From assembly GCA_965261395.1 (NCBI GenBank), contig OZ253462.1, positions 6,272,001-6,336,000 on the forward strand: 64,000 nucleotides of DNA, read 5' to 3'. Below, one piece after another: positions 19,101 to 28,878 of this stretch (positions are counted from its first letter, which is position 1; the number at the start of each line of letters is the position of its first letter). Origin of the DNA: Candidatus Latescibacterota bacterium. GTDB lineage: Bacteria; Latescibacterota; UBA2968; UBA8231. The translations under genes were made by a program, and so were the position numbers. The notes under the pieces were generated by a model. It ran no database searches, was not told the origin of the DNA, and saw only the letters and a list, made by a program, of their open reading frames with translations.

Positions 19101-19446
19101 CCCGCCGGTCTTCATAGAGAAATTCCACGCAGCGGCCTAAAATGCCGTCGTCCTCCAAATGGTGGAAGGAGGTGCCATCGTACCAACAGACGCCATTAAT
19201 CGTGGCAAACCACAACCGCTCCTGACGGTCTCTATGAATGAAAAAAACCTGGTTACTACAAAGACCGTCCTGTTGGGTAAACGTGTAGAACTCGTCCCCG
19301 TCAAAGCGGCTGGCCCCGTTGTCCCGCGTGGCGAACCAGATATACCCCGCGCTATCCTCGGCGATGTGTTCAATGCGCAGCGATGGCAGGCCCTCGTCTA
19401 TGGAATAGGTCTTCCAGGTACCCATGCGGCTAAGTGGCTTGGTCAT
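16186..19446 (-). CDS. two-component-regulator propeller + Y_Y_Y + sigma54-interaction AAA+ + HTH transcriptional regulator
   Basis: Reg_prop repeats, YRLQGYD...YQNLPPGDYTFQVRA, GETGVGKG, LFLDEIG, WPGNVRELEH, C-terminal Fis-type HTH. Confidence 0.9.
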   Translation of the reverse strand: MTKPLSRMGTWKTYSIDEGLPSLRIEHIAEDSAGYIWFATRDNGASRFDGDEFYTFTQQDGLCSNQVFFIHRDRQERLWFATINGVCWYDGTSFHHLEDDGILGRCVEFLYEDRRGRIWCGGEGTLGYYDGTAFHDLIPLYLQHYQQPPSPQWPNQCRGIAQDPAGHLWFGFDYLIRFDGESFHRYEEEDGFPQAHISYVLGQDHTGKVWIGLPRNRDTLYCYANGAFQSIQVDLVGGLRKIQCDREGRAWFCTSQGVLYQDGDGFSRFAPTDGLPHPIVKAVFRDREDRFWFATWGGVGVYDAHSISVFDFGAKRPENTGEVSQIVQDRQGDIWIGYASLNLQPDPKSVGRLEGEHFVFVEIEHGNDISNCFAIYEDLDGDLWFGGYRGLFRYDGQRLKKREPIACLSGKTVSAIAQDREGQFLFGYWENDHKSISGLYTSPLKIVYQRGKQLQTIFVEDDKKIPYSRIGRVIATRNNEIYFHLTSSDSLDSGPGLARWHPKEGLTFYGIADGLLDNNITDLLLDRDENLWIATANGLSHFDGSTFRTFTTEDGLPSNRTHCLFEDARGHLWIGTDRAVAQYDGRLFQTIKSPHIGPVCRILEDRDGTFWFGTVAGSIIRYRPRQTPPLIRLIRVTTDQVYGNAEDVCLSTVGQPVVFEYKGLSFSTHPRDMLYVYRLQGYDADWGPATRELQACYQNLPPGDYTFQVRAIDRDLNYSETAQTQLAVKPDAHIETLSASLNRGKKVVGQSEALRQFQTKLTEVAPSDLTVLIGQSEALRQFQTKLTEVAPSDLAVLLLGETGVGKGLAARALHALSAYSKGPFIHVNCGALSQELGDRELLGREDEPSTSEVGKVEQAKDGTLFLDEIGEMTLEMQDKVLRLLEARAFERVGGNQTLRAQTRMVVATSRDLKEMVQTGDFREDLYLRLQIFPLYIPPLREHKEDIPALVEFCKNRVAAYLGRQPVSLSSEVMEILHAYDWPGNVRELEHFIQRVVIACKGSQIEVADLMQYGFDIINAVLGLKGQASSVPQHEIVPLLEFERRYILEVLTATNWQVKGAQGAAALLGVPSSTLYSKMSKLGIKRS
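17066..17204 (-). repeat. 75-bp in-frame tandem duplication (GQSEALRQFQTKLTEVAPSDLxVL x2)
   Basis: 17066-17129 vs 17141-17204. Confidence 0.9.
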
Positions 19447-19736
19447 TAGAAAATACCCTTGTCACGCCCTGTGGGCGCGGTGAATCCGCTTCGATACTCG
19501 AAAAATAATCCTACCCACGCAGATATTCAACCATACTCCCGATGGGCGTTTTGAAACCAGCTTTAGGGACGACGGTGTCTAGTGCTCGAAAAACGCTCGA
19601 CGCTAGGGCAACTTGGCAGCCTACAAAGCGGCTCGATATGGGTTTTGGATTGCTTCTTACAACGACCTGAGTCTTAAGAAAGAATTAAAATGTAAAATGT
19701 AATATAGAGTAAAAAATATATGACACGTTTATCTGT

Positions 19737-19786
19737 CTTTATTTAGGGGCGATATACCGTCCTTTATTTAGGGGCGATATACCGTC
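19737..19786. repeat. perfect 25-bp tandem repeat x2 in an AT-rich divergent intergenic region
   Basis: CTTTATTTAGGGGCGATATACCGTC twice. Confidence 0.9.
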
Positions 19787-19988
19787 CAATATTTTGCCTA
19801 AAAGTACCCTGTATTAAAGAGATAAATTGGTATAAATATTGCAGAGTACATTACGCGATAAAATGATATTGCAAATGCTCAAATATTCGTAAGGTCAATT
19901 GCGTAACAAATTGTAATATTTGTTATTGACTTCTTTTGAGTAGGAACTTATCTCTAAAAGAATCCACGACCCTCCCTACTCTTCATTC

Positions 19989-20076
19989 CGCCCCGTGGCC
20001 AGCGGCACTTACCTGTATCGGCTGGTGACGGACGAGTCGTCTTAACGCGCAAGCTCACCCTGCTGCGTCGATTGGA
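19989..20076 (+). pseudogene. remnant 3' tail of a FlgD-Ig-tailed peptidase gene
   Basis: [25 protein letters not shown] with a 1-nt deletion; similar to 10200-10283, 25798-25881 and 32078-32167. Confidence 0.85.
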
Positions 20077-20124
20077 GCGGTGCACCAAGATTTGCTACCA
20101 CGACAGTTCAAAGGAGATGACGCT

Positions 20125-22737
20125 ATGAAAGCAGCAATTGGATGTCTCGTCGGATTAGTTTTTGGAATCTCGGCGTCGGCGGAGCCGCTGCTTGAGGGTC
20201 GGGTGCGACTGGAATCTGGACAACCCGTCGCCGACGCGCAGGTGCAGCTATTCGATTTGACCGACCTGCGGCGGGGAGCCATTGCCCGCGCCATGACCGA
20301 TGGCACGGGGTATTTCGCGCTGCCGTTAGCGGCCTTGGGGGGGCGGGCGCTGCCGGCGCGGTTCGCGTTGGGGCCGAATTATCCCAATCCATTTAATCCC
20401 TCGACGATCATTCCCTATCAACTGGCGGCTTCGTCCCAAGTGCGACTGGAGGTGTTCAACCTGCTCGGGCAGCGCATAGCGACGTTAGTGGATGAGGCGC
20501 GACCGGCGGGCTTTCACACGGCGACGTGGCACGCGACGGATAGGGCGGGTCGGGCGGTAGCAGCGGGGGTGTATATCTACCGGATGACGGTAGGCGAGGA
20601 GCGCCAGACGGGGCGGATGGTGCTTATCGACGGGCAGGCCGGGATTCCGGCGGCGGGGGCCGCAGGGCCGATGCCGATGCAGGCGTCCGCTTTGGAGCGA
20701 GTGGAAGCGGATGCAGGCGTCTATGGGTTGACTGTTTCGGGCGAGGGCTTGGTCGCGTATGTGAACCCGGCTTTTCGGGTGGGGGTTGATGAGGCGGATA
20801 TCGTGGTTGAAGAACACAGCGGCAGGGCGCGGATGAAGCTGGCGGCAGGCGGGATTTTGGGGGATGTGAACAACGATGGGCAAGTCGATGCCTCTGACGC
20901 GCTGTATATATCGCTGTATAGCAGGAATCCGTCTGTTATTCTCCCCAACAACGGTGACATTTCCCTCGGCGATGTAAACGGTGATGGCAGGGTCGATGGA
21001 GCCGACGTCGTGCTGTTGGTCCGCTATCTTGCTGATCCGTCCGATCCGGCGTTGCCGTCAGGGATCGGCGAGCCGGTGGGTGCGACCACGACCACCGCTT
21101 CGCAAGTGTGGAAGATGTACTGGACGGATTGGGACACGGAGAAGATCCAGCGTTCCAACCTCGACGGCAGCGGTGTGGAAGACCTCGTCACCACCGGATT
21201 GAGGAGCCCAAGCGGCCTCGCGTTGGATGTGTCCGGCGGCAAGATGTACTGGACGGATGCGAACGCGCGCAAGATTCAGCGTTCCAACCTCGATGGCCGC
21301 GGCGTAGAAGATCTCGTCACCAGAGGATTGGGGTTTCCAATCGGCATCGCGTTGGATGTGTCCGGCGGCAAGATGTACTGGACGGATGGGCGCTCGCTTC
21401 GAGGAGGCGACGGCGAGATCCGGCGTTCCAACCTCGATGGCCGCGGCCGCGAAGATCTCGTCACCAGAAGATTGGATTGGCCATACCGCATCGCGTTGGA
21501 TGTGTCCGGCGGCAAGATGTACTGGACGGATAGGAAGAGGCAGAAGATCCAGCGATCCAACCTCGACGGCAGCGGTGTAGAAGATCTCGTCACCAGAGGA
21601 TTGATGAGCCCAGGCGGCATCGCGTTGGATGTGTCCGGCGGCAAGGTGTACTGGACGGATTCGGGCACGCAGAATATCCAGAATTCGGGCACGCAGAATA
21701 TCCGGCGTTCTAACCTCGACGGCAGCGGTCTGGAAGACCTCGTCACCAGAGGATTGAGGAGCCCACTTGGCATCGCGTTGGATGTGCCCAGTGGCAAGGT
21801 GTACTGGACGGATTCGGGCACGGCAAAGATCCAGCGATCCAACCTCGACGGCAGCGGTGTAGAAGATCTCGTCACCAGAGGATTGATGAGCCCAGGCGGC
21901 ATCGCGTTGGGTCTTGTGCCCGTCGAGGCCGGTACGGATTTGGCGGTGGAGGCATCGGTCCGCGATACCCGCCTGACACCGGGACAATCGTTCAGGCTGT
22001 CGGTGACGGTGCGGAACCGAGGGGCCGAGCAAGCCGCGGCCACGACGCTGCACTACTACCGTTCGGACGACGCGACGATTTCCACCCAGGATACCCGGGT
22101 AGGTACCGATCCGGTGGGTGCCCTGGCCGCTTCCGGCTCCAGTGAGGAGTCAATCAGCCTGACGGCCCCCTTGAGTGAAGGCACCTACTACTACGGGGCT
22201 TGCGTCGAGAGCGTCAGCGGCGAGAGCAACACTGACAACAACTGCTCCAGTGCGGTAACCGTCACCACAGAAAGAGTATACACAAGGTCAAGGTCCTTTC
22301 GTGCTAATTTCAGTTATGATCCTATCATTGAATCCCTTGGTTATCGGATCACGTCAGAAGACATTGACGATGGTTTGTTAGGTTTGTCAGATGTTGACGT
22401 GGGAATACAATACGAGCCTTCTTTTTCTACTCTTGGGACGAGACATGTAAAAAAAGTGACATTTAGCTACAACCTAAGAGTAAGCCCAACAATACCTTTA
22501 AATACTACACTACGGGCTACAATTGTTTATGAGATCCTCCTAAAGGACGCTTCTTTTACGAATCGTGTTGTGGCAACTTATACTGTTTCATTAGTGGTTG
22601 TTGTTGGTAACGATGGCAGCAGTAGTGCCAAGGTAATCGCAGGAGACGCGGAGTCGTCGGAGCCGGTCCGCAGGCAGGAGAGTCTGTCCCCGTCATCCAC
22701 ACTGATCAACCGAAAACAATCGCTCGAACAACCCTAA
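20125..22737 (+). CDS. secreted protein: N-terminal module + internal FlgD-Ig + dockerin + 6 YWTD repeats + CARDB-like + variable tip
   Basis: [28 protein letters not shown], six YWTD blades, DLAVE...YYYGACVE. Confidence 0.88.
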   Translation: MKAAIGCLVGLVFGISASAEPLLEGRVRLESGQPVADAQVQLFDLTDLRRGAIARAMTDGTGYFALPLAALGGRALPARFALGPNYPNPFNPSTIIPYQLAASSQVRLEVFNLLGQRIATLVDEARPAGFHTATWHATDRAGRAVAAGVYIYRMTVGEERQTGRMVLIDGQAGIPAAGAAGPMPMQASALERVEADAGVYGLTVSGEGLVAYVNPAFRVGVDEADIVVEEHSGRARMKLAAGGILGDVNNDGQVDASDALYISLYSRNPSVILPNNGDISLGDVNGDGRVDGADVVLLVRYLADPSDPALPSGIGEPVGATTTTASQVWKMYWTDWDTEKIQRSNLDGSGVEDLVTTGLRSPSGLALDVSGGKMYWTDANARKIQRSNLDGRGVEDLVTRGLGFPIGIALDVSGGKMYWTDGRSLRGGDGEIRRSNLDGRGREDLVTRRLDWPYRIALDVSGGKMYWTDRKRQKIQRSNLDGSGVEDLVTRGLMSPGGIALDVSGGKVYWTDSGTQNIQNSGTQNIRRSNLDGSGLEDLVTRGLRSPLGIALDVPSGKVYWTDSGTAKIQRSNLDGSGVEDLVTRGLMSPGGIALGLVPVEAGTDLAVEASVRDTRLTPGQSFRLSVTVRNRGAEQAAATTLHYYRSDDATISTQDTRVGTDPVGALAASGSSEESISLTAPLSEGTYYYGACVESVSGESNTDNNCSSAVTVTTERVYTRSRSFRANFSYDPIIESLGYRITSEDIDDGLLGLSDVDVGIQYEPSFSTLGTRHVKKVTFSYNLRVSPTIPLNTTLRATIVYEILLKDASFTNRVVATYTVSLVVVVGNDGSSSAKVIAGDAESSEPVRRQESLSPSSTLINRKQSLEQP

Positions 22738-22744
22738 AACGGAG

Positions 22745-23212
22745 ATGATATCTATGAAGTCCTGTATCGGCATTTTCATCGGCCTGCTGCTGAGCGTTAG
22801 CGTCAGCGCAGAATCGCTCCCTGAAGGTCGGGTGCGGCTGGAATCTGGACAACCCGTCGCCGACGCGCAGGTACAGCTATTCGATTTGACCAACCTACGG
22901 CAGGGAGCCATTGCCCGCGCGATGACCGATGGCACGGGGTATTTCGCCCTGCCGTTAGCCGCGCCGACGGGACGGGCGCTGCCGGTGCGGTTCGCGTTGG
23001 GGCCGAATTATCCCAACCCGTTCAATCCGTCCACGATTATTCCTTACCAGCTACCGACCGCTACCCATGTGCGCTTGGAGGTGTTTAACCTCCTGGGACA
23101 GCGCATAGCGACGTTAGTGGATGGGACGCGACCGGCGGGCTTTCACGCTCCACCCATGCGGCGACCACCGGCGCGCTTCTCCGCGGGCGGCGGCCGAAGA
23201 AAGGAACATTGA
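22745..23212 (+). CDS. short secreted protein consisting of the shared N-terminal module with truncated FlgD-Ig
   Basis: Near-identical to the start of 20125 and to 28420-28878; stop overlaps next start (TGATG). Confidence 0.65.
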   Translation: MISMKSCIGIFIGLLLSVSVSAESLPEGRVRLESGQPVADAQVQLFDLTNLRQGAIARAMTDGTGYFALPLAAPTGRALPVRFALGPNYPNPFNPSTIIPYQLPTATHVRLEVFNLLGQRIATLVDGTRPAGFHAPPMRRPPARFSAGGGRRKEH

Positions 23213-25881
23213 TGAAACGGCATTGCCTCACATCGTACCCCTTTTTCGCGTTAATCGGCTTCATTCTTTCGCCGCTGGCGGTGGCCCATGCGTCGTCCCC
23301 GCCGGCCGATAGAGTGCCTTTATGCCCACCGTTCGATTACGAGCAGCAGGAGCGCGGTCACCCCCGCCCTGCCGGCAAGCGGCTGGCGGGTCTGAACGTC
23401 GGCGAACCGCGCACGGTGCGGCTCATCTACTTTCTCCCGAATGATCGCACGCCCCAGCAAGACATAGACGCAACGATGGATGAGTTGATAAAAAACGTAC
23501 AGCTATCGTACGAGGAGGTGATGGAATACCACGGGTTCGGCAGAAGAACCTTTACATTAGAAACCGATGCAACCGGTAAGGCTGTGGTGCATCATGTGAA
23601 GGGGAAGTTCAACGATGAGTATTATCATACGGACACTTTCCGCAAAGTCATCGACGAAGAAACGGCTGAACAGTTTGACCTGTCAGCGAATATCTACCTC
23701 GTCGTGCTAGATGTAAGTAACGCAGTCATCGACGGCTATTGCGGGCAAGGCACATCTTTTGGCCCCGAAGGTGGAGCGACGCTCATACCCGCTCCCAACA
23801 GTGCCCGCCAACGCGAACGCGGCTGGAGTTGTTTCAATGTTGCCGTTGCTGCCCATGAACTCGGACACGCCTTTGGATTGGCGCACGATCACTTCAGAAA
23901 TGCCACGCGCAGTCCGTCTTCATATCACACCGACTGGATGGTTACATCGTTCTGTGCTGCCGAATGGTTGGATGCTCATCGCTACTTCAACAGGGGCCAA
24001 ACCTATCCGCAAGCAGACGAACCAACCACAATTCAGATGCTTCCACCGCTCGCAGTTCCACCGAACGCTATCCGCCTCCGCTTTGAGGTAACCGATCCAG
24101 ATGGACTCCATCAAGCGCAGTTGCATAACAGCACTGGTGAGGCCATTGATTGTCAAGGGTTAGACTTAGACGGCGAAAGTGCCTCCGTTGAATTTGTCAC
24201 GCCTGAAGCAACAGAAGGGGTGACGCTCCGGGTTGTCGATGTGTATGGAAATGTCACAGAGCAATGGCAGCCAATCGATATTACGGCGCTGCTTCCCCCC
24301 GAAGTCGTGTCGATACCCGATGCGAATTTAGCCGCAGTGGTGCGGGAAGCTCTCGACCTGACACCGGGAGATGCCATCAGCCAACTGGATATGTTAAGAT
24401 TGGGGGGGCTTGAAGCCAACGGTCGCCAGATAACAGACCTTACCGGTCTTGAGTATGCAGTTAATCTAAAGGGGTTGCTCCTTGGCGATAATCAGATTAG
24501 CGACATCACACCCCTAGCGGAATCAACCATCATAGAGGGGTTGGAGCTTTACAACAACAACATCTCGGATATCTCATCGCTGGCAGCGATGACCAATCTG
24601 TCAGGTTTGAATCTCGACGGCAACTCGGTATCGGATTTGTCGCCCCTAACAGAGTTAATCAACCTGCAGAACTTGTTGCTTTGGGAAAACTCGGTATCGG
24701 ATATCTCGCCCTTGGCGGGGTTGACCCACCTGCAGAACTTGGCGCTTGGGGGCAACTCGGTATCGGATATTTCGCCCCTGGTAGGGTTGACCCACCTAGG
24801 AGGGCTAGATCTCTGGGACAACCCTCTCAGCTACACCTCCATCAACACACACATCCCCGCTCTCCAGAGGCGAGGGGTAACCATACATTTCGACGTACAT
24901 ATTCCCCATAGCCTGACGAAGGTCTCCGGCGATAGCCAAGAAGGACCAGCCAGCACACAACTAGACGAGCCTTTTGTCATTTCAGTGTTGGATCAAGACG
25001 GCTCACCCCTTGCCGGGGTGGTCGTCTCCTTTTCGGTGACTGCTGGCGGGGGAACACTGTCGTCCACCACCGATACCAACCCTTGTACTATTGAGTCATC
25101 TACGTCGTCCACCACGGCTACCACCGATGCCAACGGCCAAGCCGCGACTCGGCTGACGCTGGGCAGCGACGCGGGGACGAACACGGTTTCGGCCACCGTG
25201 GAGGGGCTTGAACCCGAGACCTTTACCGCTACCGCTGCCGAGCAAGCAATGCCCCATAGCCTGACGAAGGTCTGCGGCGATGACCAAGAGGGCACGGCTG
25301 GTGCACAACTGGACGAGCCGTTTGTGGTTTCAGTGGTAGATGAGGATGGTGCGGCGATGGCCGGGGTGGCCGTATCGTTTTCGGTGACCGCTGGTGGGGG
25401 AACGCTGTCTGCTGCCACCGCCACCACCGATGCCACCGGCCGCGCTGCTACCAGACTGACGCTAGGTAGCGATCCGGGGACGAACACGGTTTCGGCCACC
25501 GTGGAGGGGCTGGAGTCGGTGACCTTTACCGCTACCGGGCAAGAGTCGCCCTTCGCTAGTATGTTCGACCTTTTTGGGGGTGGCAAGCGGGTGGCCTTGC
25601 CCGATAGCCCGCAGTTGGCGCAAAATGCGCCCAATCCCTTCAACAGCCAGACGGTTTTTGCCTATTTCTTGCCAGCCCCTGGTCCAGCGCACTTAGAAGT
25701 GTTCACATTGACCGGTCAACGGGTGGCGGTCTTACACCAGGGGCTGCAGCAGGCCGGCTACCACCGCCTCCATTGGGACGGTCGAGACGACGCAGGTCGC
25801 CCCGTGGCTAGCGGCATGTACCTATACAGGCTGGTAACTAATGAAGTCGTGTTGACGCGCAAGCTCACCCTACTGCGTTGA
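23212..25881 (+). CDS. secreted zinc metallopeptidase + internalin-like LRR + Big_1 x2 + FlgD-Ig tail
   Basis: [18 protein letters not shown] cap, [15 protein letters not shown] LRRs. Confidence 0.88.
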   Translation: MKRHCLTSYPFFALIGFILSPLAVAHASSPPADRVPLCPPFDYEQQERGHPRPAGKRLAGLNVGEPRTVRLIYFLPNDRTPQQDIDATMDELIKNVQLSYEEVMEYHGFGRRTFTLETDATGKAVVHHVKGKFNDEYYHTDTFRKVIDEETAEQFDLSANIYLVVLDVSNAVIDGYCGQGTSFGPEGGATLIPAPNSARQRERGWSCFNVAVAAHELGHAFGLAHDHFRNATRSPSSYHTDWMVTSFCAAEWLDAHRYFNRGQTYPQADEPTTIQMLPPLAVPPNAIRLRFEVTDPDGLHQAQLHNSTGEAIDCQGLDLDGESASVEFVTPEATEGVTLRVVDVYGNVTEQWQPIDITALLPPEVVSIPDANLAAVVREALDLTPGDAISQLDMLRLGGLEANGRQITDLTGLEYAVNLKGLLLGDNQISDITPLAESTIIEGLELYNNNISDISSLAAMTNLSGLNLDGNSVSDLSPLTELINLQNLLLWENSVSDISPLAGLTHLQNLALGGNSVSDISPLVGLTHLGGLDLWDNPLSYTSINTHIPALQRRGVTIHFDVHIPHSLTKVSGDSQEGPASTQLDEPFVISVLDQDGSPLAGVVVSFSVTAGGGTLSSTTDTNPCTIESSTSSTTATTDANGQAATRLTLGSDAGTNTVSATVEGLEPETFTATAAEQAMPHSLTKVCGDDQEGTAGAQLDEPFVVSVVDEDGAAMAGVAVSFSVTAGGGTLSAATATTDATGRAATRLTLGSDPGTNTVSATVEGLESVTFTATGQESPFASMFDLFGGGKRVALPDSPQLAQNAPNPFNSQTVFAYFLPAPGPAHLEVFTLTGQRVAVLHQGLQQAGYHRLHWDGRDDAGRPVASGMYLYRLVTNEVVLTRKLTLLR

Positions 25882-25899
25882 TCGTACCGTGCGGAACAG

Positions 25900-26058
25900 C
25901 TCTCAATTGTTTGCTGAGCGCTTTGGATAGGTAGCCTCGATCGGCCACCAGCTTGCCAAATAGCTGTTGAACCAAAGCGGGTACGGGTTTTCGGTCATCG
26001 ACATTGCCCGGCGTCAGCGCCAGATTGAGCAGTTGTCCTTGGTCATTGAAGACTACGT
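25900..26058 (-). pseudogene. IS982-family transposase fragment
   Basis: [22 protein letters not shown]...[13 protein letters not shown]. Confidence 0.75.
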
Positions 26059-26072
26059 AAGGAGATGACGCT

Positions 26073-28301
26073 ATGAAAGCAGCAATTGGATGTCTCGTCG
26101 GATTAGTTTTTGGAATCTCGGCGTCGGCGGAGCCGCTGCTTGAGGGTCGGGTGCGGCTGGAATCTGGACAACCCGTCGCCGACGCGCAGGTGCAGCTATT
26201 CGATTTGACCGACCTGCGGCAGGGAGCCATTGCCCGCGCGATGACCGATGGCAGGGGGTATTTCGCGCTGCCGTTAGCCGCGCCGACGGGGCGGGCGTTG
26301 CCGGCGCGGTTCGCGTTGGGGCCGAATTATCCCAATCCATTTAATCCCTCGACGATCATTCCCTATCAACTGGCGGCTTCGTCCCAAGTGCGACTGGAGG
26401 TGTTTAACCTGCTGGGACAGCGCATAGCGACGTTAGTGGATGAGGAACGGTCGGCAGGGATGCACACGGCGACGTGGCACGCGGTGGATAGGTCGGGTCG
26501 GGCGGTAGCAGCGGGGGTGTATATCTACCGTATGACGGTAGGCGAGGAGCGCCAGACGGGGCGGATGGTGCTTATCGACGGGCAGGCCGGGATTCCGGCG
26601 GCGGGGGCCGCAGGGCCGATGCCGATGCAGGCGTCCGCTTTGGAGCGCGTGGAAGCGGATGCAGGCGTCTATGGGTTGACCGTGGCAGGCGAGGGCTTGG
26701 TCGCGTATGTGAACCCGGCTTTTCGGGTGGGGGTTGACGAGGTGGATATCGTGGTTGAAGAACACAGCGGCATTCCGCGGATGAAGCTGGTGGCAGGCGG
26801 GATTTTGGGAGATGTGAACAACGATGGGCAAGTCGATGCCTCTGATGCGCTGTATGTGCTGCTGTATATCGAAGGCAGCTCCATCGCTCTCTCTAGCAAC
26901 GGCGACATTTCCCTCGGCGACCTAAACAAAGATGGTACGGTTGATTTCGCTGACGCCGTGCTCTTTGTCCGCTATCTCGCTAATCCATCCGATCCGGCGT
27001 TGCCGTCAGGGATCGGCGAGCCGGTGGTTGCGACCACCGCTTCGCAAATGTGGAAGCTGTACTGGACGGCTCGGGGTAAGATCCAGCGTTCCAACCTCGA
27101 CGGCAGCGGCGTCGAAGACCTCGTCACCACCGGAGTGGGGACCCCAGAAAGCATCGCGTTGGATGTGTCCGGCGGCAAGATGTACTGGACGGCTTGGAAT
27201 AAGATCCAGCGTTCCAACCTCGACGGCAGCAGCGGCGTCGAAGACCTCGTCACCGCAGGAGTGGGGGCCCTAGAAGGCCTCGCGTTGGATGTGTCCGGCG
27301 GCAAGCTGTACTGGACGCAGGATTCGGGTCAGATCCGTCGTTCCAACCTCGACGGCAGCGGCGTTGAAGACCTCGTCACCACAGGAGTGAGGGCCCCAAA
27401 TGGCCTCGCGTTGGATGTGTCCGGCGGCAAGCTGTACTGGACGGATCGGCTCGCGGATAAGATCCAGCGTTCCAACCTCGACGGCAGCGGCGTCGAAGAC
27501 CTCGTCACCTCAGGGTTGGACGAACCAGACGGCCTCGCGTTGGATGTGTCCGGCGGCAAGCTGTACTGGACGGATGGGAAATATAGCACGGCTAAGATCC
27601 GTCGTTCCAACCTCGACGGCAGCGGCGTCGAAGACCTCGTCACCACAGGAGTGAGGACCCCAGAAGGCATCGCGTTGGATATGTCCGGCGGCAAGCTGTA
27701 CTGGACGGATCAGCTCGCGGAAAAGATCCAGCGGTCCAACCTCAACGGCAGCGGCGTCGAAGACCTCGTCACCACAGGAGTGAGGACCCCAGAAGGCATC
27801 GCGTTGGGTTTTGTGCCCGTCGAGGCCGGGCCGGATTTGGTGGTGGAGGCATTAGTCAGCAAAAGCGTCCTGACGCCGGGGCAGCCGTTCACCCTGTCGG
27901 CGACGGTGCGCAACCGAGGCGACGAGCAAGCCGCCGCCACGATGCTGCGCTACTACCGCTCGGACAGCGCGACCATTGACGCCACCGATACACAACTCGG
28001 CACGGCCGCCGTGGACAGCCTTGCCTCCCTTGCTGAAAGAGCCTACTCGATTGACTTGACAGCTCCGACGAGTGAGGGGAGGTACTACTACGGGGCGTGT
28101 GTCGAAAGCTTCGCCGGCGAGCGCAACATCAACAACAACTGCACCGATGCAAGTGTGGTCGTTAGACGTAAACGCCAATCATCCTCATTACCCCAATGTT
28201 ATATAGGTAAGACACTCTTCGGAGGACAGAGCTGTATAACCTCAGACGGAAGAATACTTACCTGCGATCCCGGCAAAATTTGCACAGTAGTCTCTCAGTA
28301 G
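26073..28301 (+). CDS. paralog of 20125-22737 (FlgD-Ig, dockerin, 6 YWTD, CARDB-like) with a different short Cys-rich tip
   Basis: First ~250 aa nearly identical; tip [31 protein letters not shown]. Confidence 0.88.
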   Translation: MKAAIGCLVGLVFGISASAEPLLEGRVRLESGQPVADAQVQLFDLTDLRQGAIARAMTDGRGYFALPLAAPTGRALPARFALGPNYPNPFNPSTIIPYQLAASSQVRLEVFNLLGQRIATLVDEERSAGMHTATWHAVDRSGRAVAAGVYIYRMTVGEERQTGRMVLIDGQAGIPAAGAAGPMPMQASALERVEADAGVYGLTVAGEGLVAYVNPAFRVGVDEVDIVVEEHSGIPRMKLVAGGILGDVNNDGQVDASDALYVLLYIEGSSIALSSNGDISLGDLNKDGTVDFADAVLFVRYLANPSDPALPSGIGEPVVATTASQMWKLYWTARGKIQRSNLDGSGVEDLVTTGVGTPESIALDVSGGKMYWTAWNKIQRSNLDGSSGVEDLVTAGVGALEGLALDVSGGKLYWTQDSGQIRRSNLDGSGVEDLVTTGVRAPNGLALDVSGGKLYWTDRLADKIQRSNLDGSGVEDLVTSGLDEPDGLALDVSGGKLYWTDGKYSTAKIRRSNLDGSGVEDLVTTGVRTPEGIALDMSGGKLYWTDQLAEKIQRSNLNGSGVEDLVTTGVRTPEGIALGFVPVEAGPDLVVEALVSKSVLTPGQPFTLSATVRNRGDEQAAATMLRYYRSDSATIDATDTQLGTAAVDSLASLAERAYSIDLTAPTSEGRYYYGACVESFAGERNINNNCTDASVVVRRKRQSSSLPQCYIGKTLFGGQSCITSDGRILTCDPGKICTVVSQ

Positions 28302-28360
28302 CCGGCGATCCCGAGGCAGAGGACGAGACAGCCGTCGAGGCCGTCACTTGGGGAATCCTC
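28298..28360 (+). pseudogene. remnant C-terminus of a TWG-motif protein
   Basis: [21 protein letters not shown], matching 15737-15815. Confidence 0.8.
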
Positions 28361-28419
28361 ATTTATGACCGTTTTAAGGGCAGTTAACCCTTTTGCTTGG
28401 GAGCCCTAAGGAGGACGAT

Positions 28420-28878
28420 ATGAAGGCACTAAGCGGATGTCTCATCGGCTTAGTTTTCATTGTCTCGGCGTCGGCGGAGCCGCTGCTTGAGGGTCGGGTG
28501 CGGCTGGAATCTGGACAACCCGTCGCCGACACGCAGGTGCAGCTATTCGATTTGACCAACCTACGGCAGGGAGCCATTGCCCGCGCGATGACCGATGGCA
28601 GGGGGTATTTCGCGCTGCCGTTAGCCGCGCCGACGGGCGGGGCACTGCCGGCGCGGTTCGCGTTGGGGCCGAATTATCCCAACCCGTTCAATCCGTCCAC
28701 GATTATTCCTTACCAGCTACCGACCGCTACCCATGTGCGCTTGGAGGTGTTTAACCTGCTGGGACAGCGTGTTGCGACGTTGGTGGATGGGACGCGACCG
28801 GCGGGCTTTCACACTCCACCCATGCGGCGACCACCGGCGCGCTTCTCCGCGGGCGGCGGTCGAAGAAAGGAACATTGA
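28420..28878 (+). CDS. short secreted N-module protein (paralog of 22745-23212)
   Basis: AGGAGG RBS; same tail [20 protein letters not shown]; TGATG overlap with next gene. Confidence 0.65.
   Translation: MKALSGCLIGLVFIVSASAEPLLEGRVRLESGQPVADTQVQLFDLTNLRQGAIARAMTDGRGYFALPLAAPTGGALPARFALGPNYPNPFNPSTIIPYQLPTATHVRLEVFNLLGQRVATLVDGTRPAGFHTPPMRRPPARFSAGGGRRKEH

Noticed and set aside
19737-19786. Mini-CRISPR or plasmid iterons
   Set aside because: Only two abutting copies, no spacer, and no rep or cas gene nearby.
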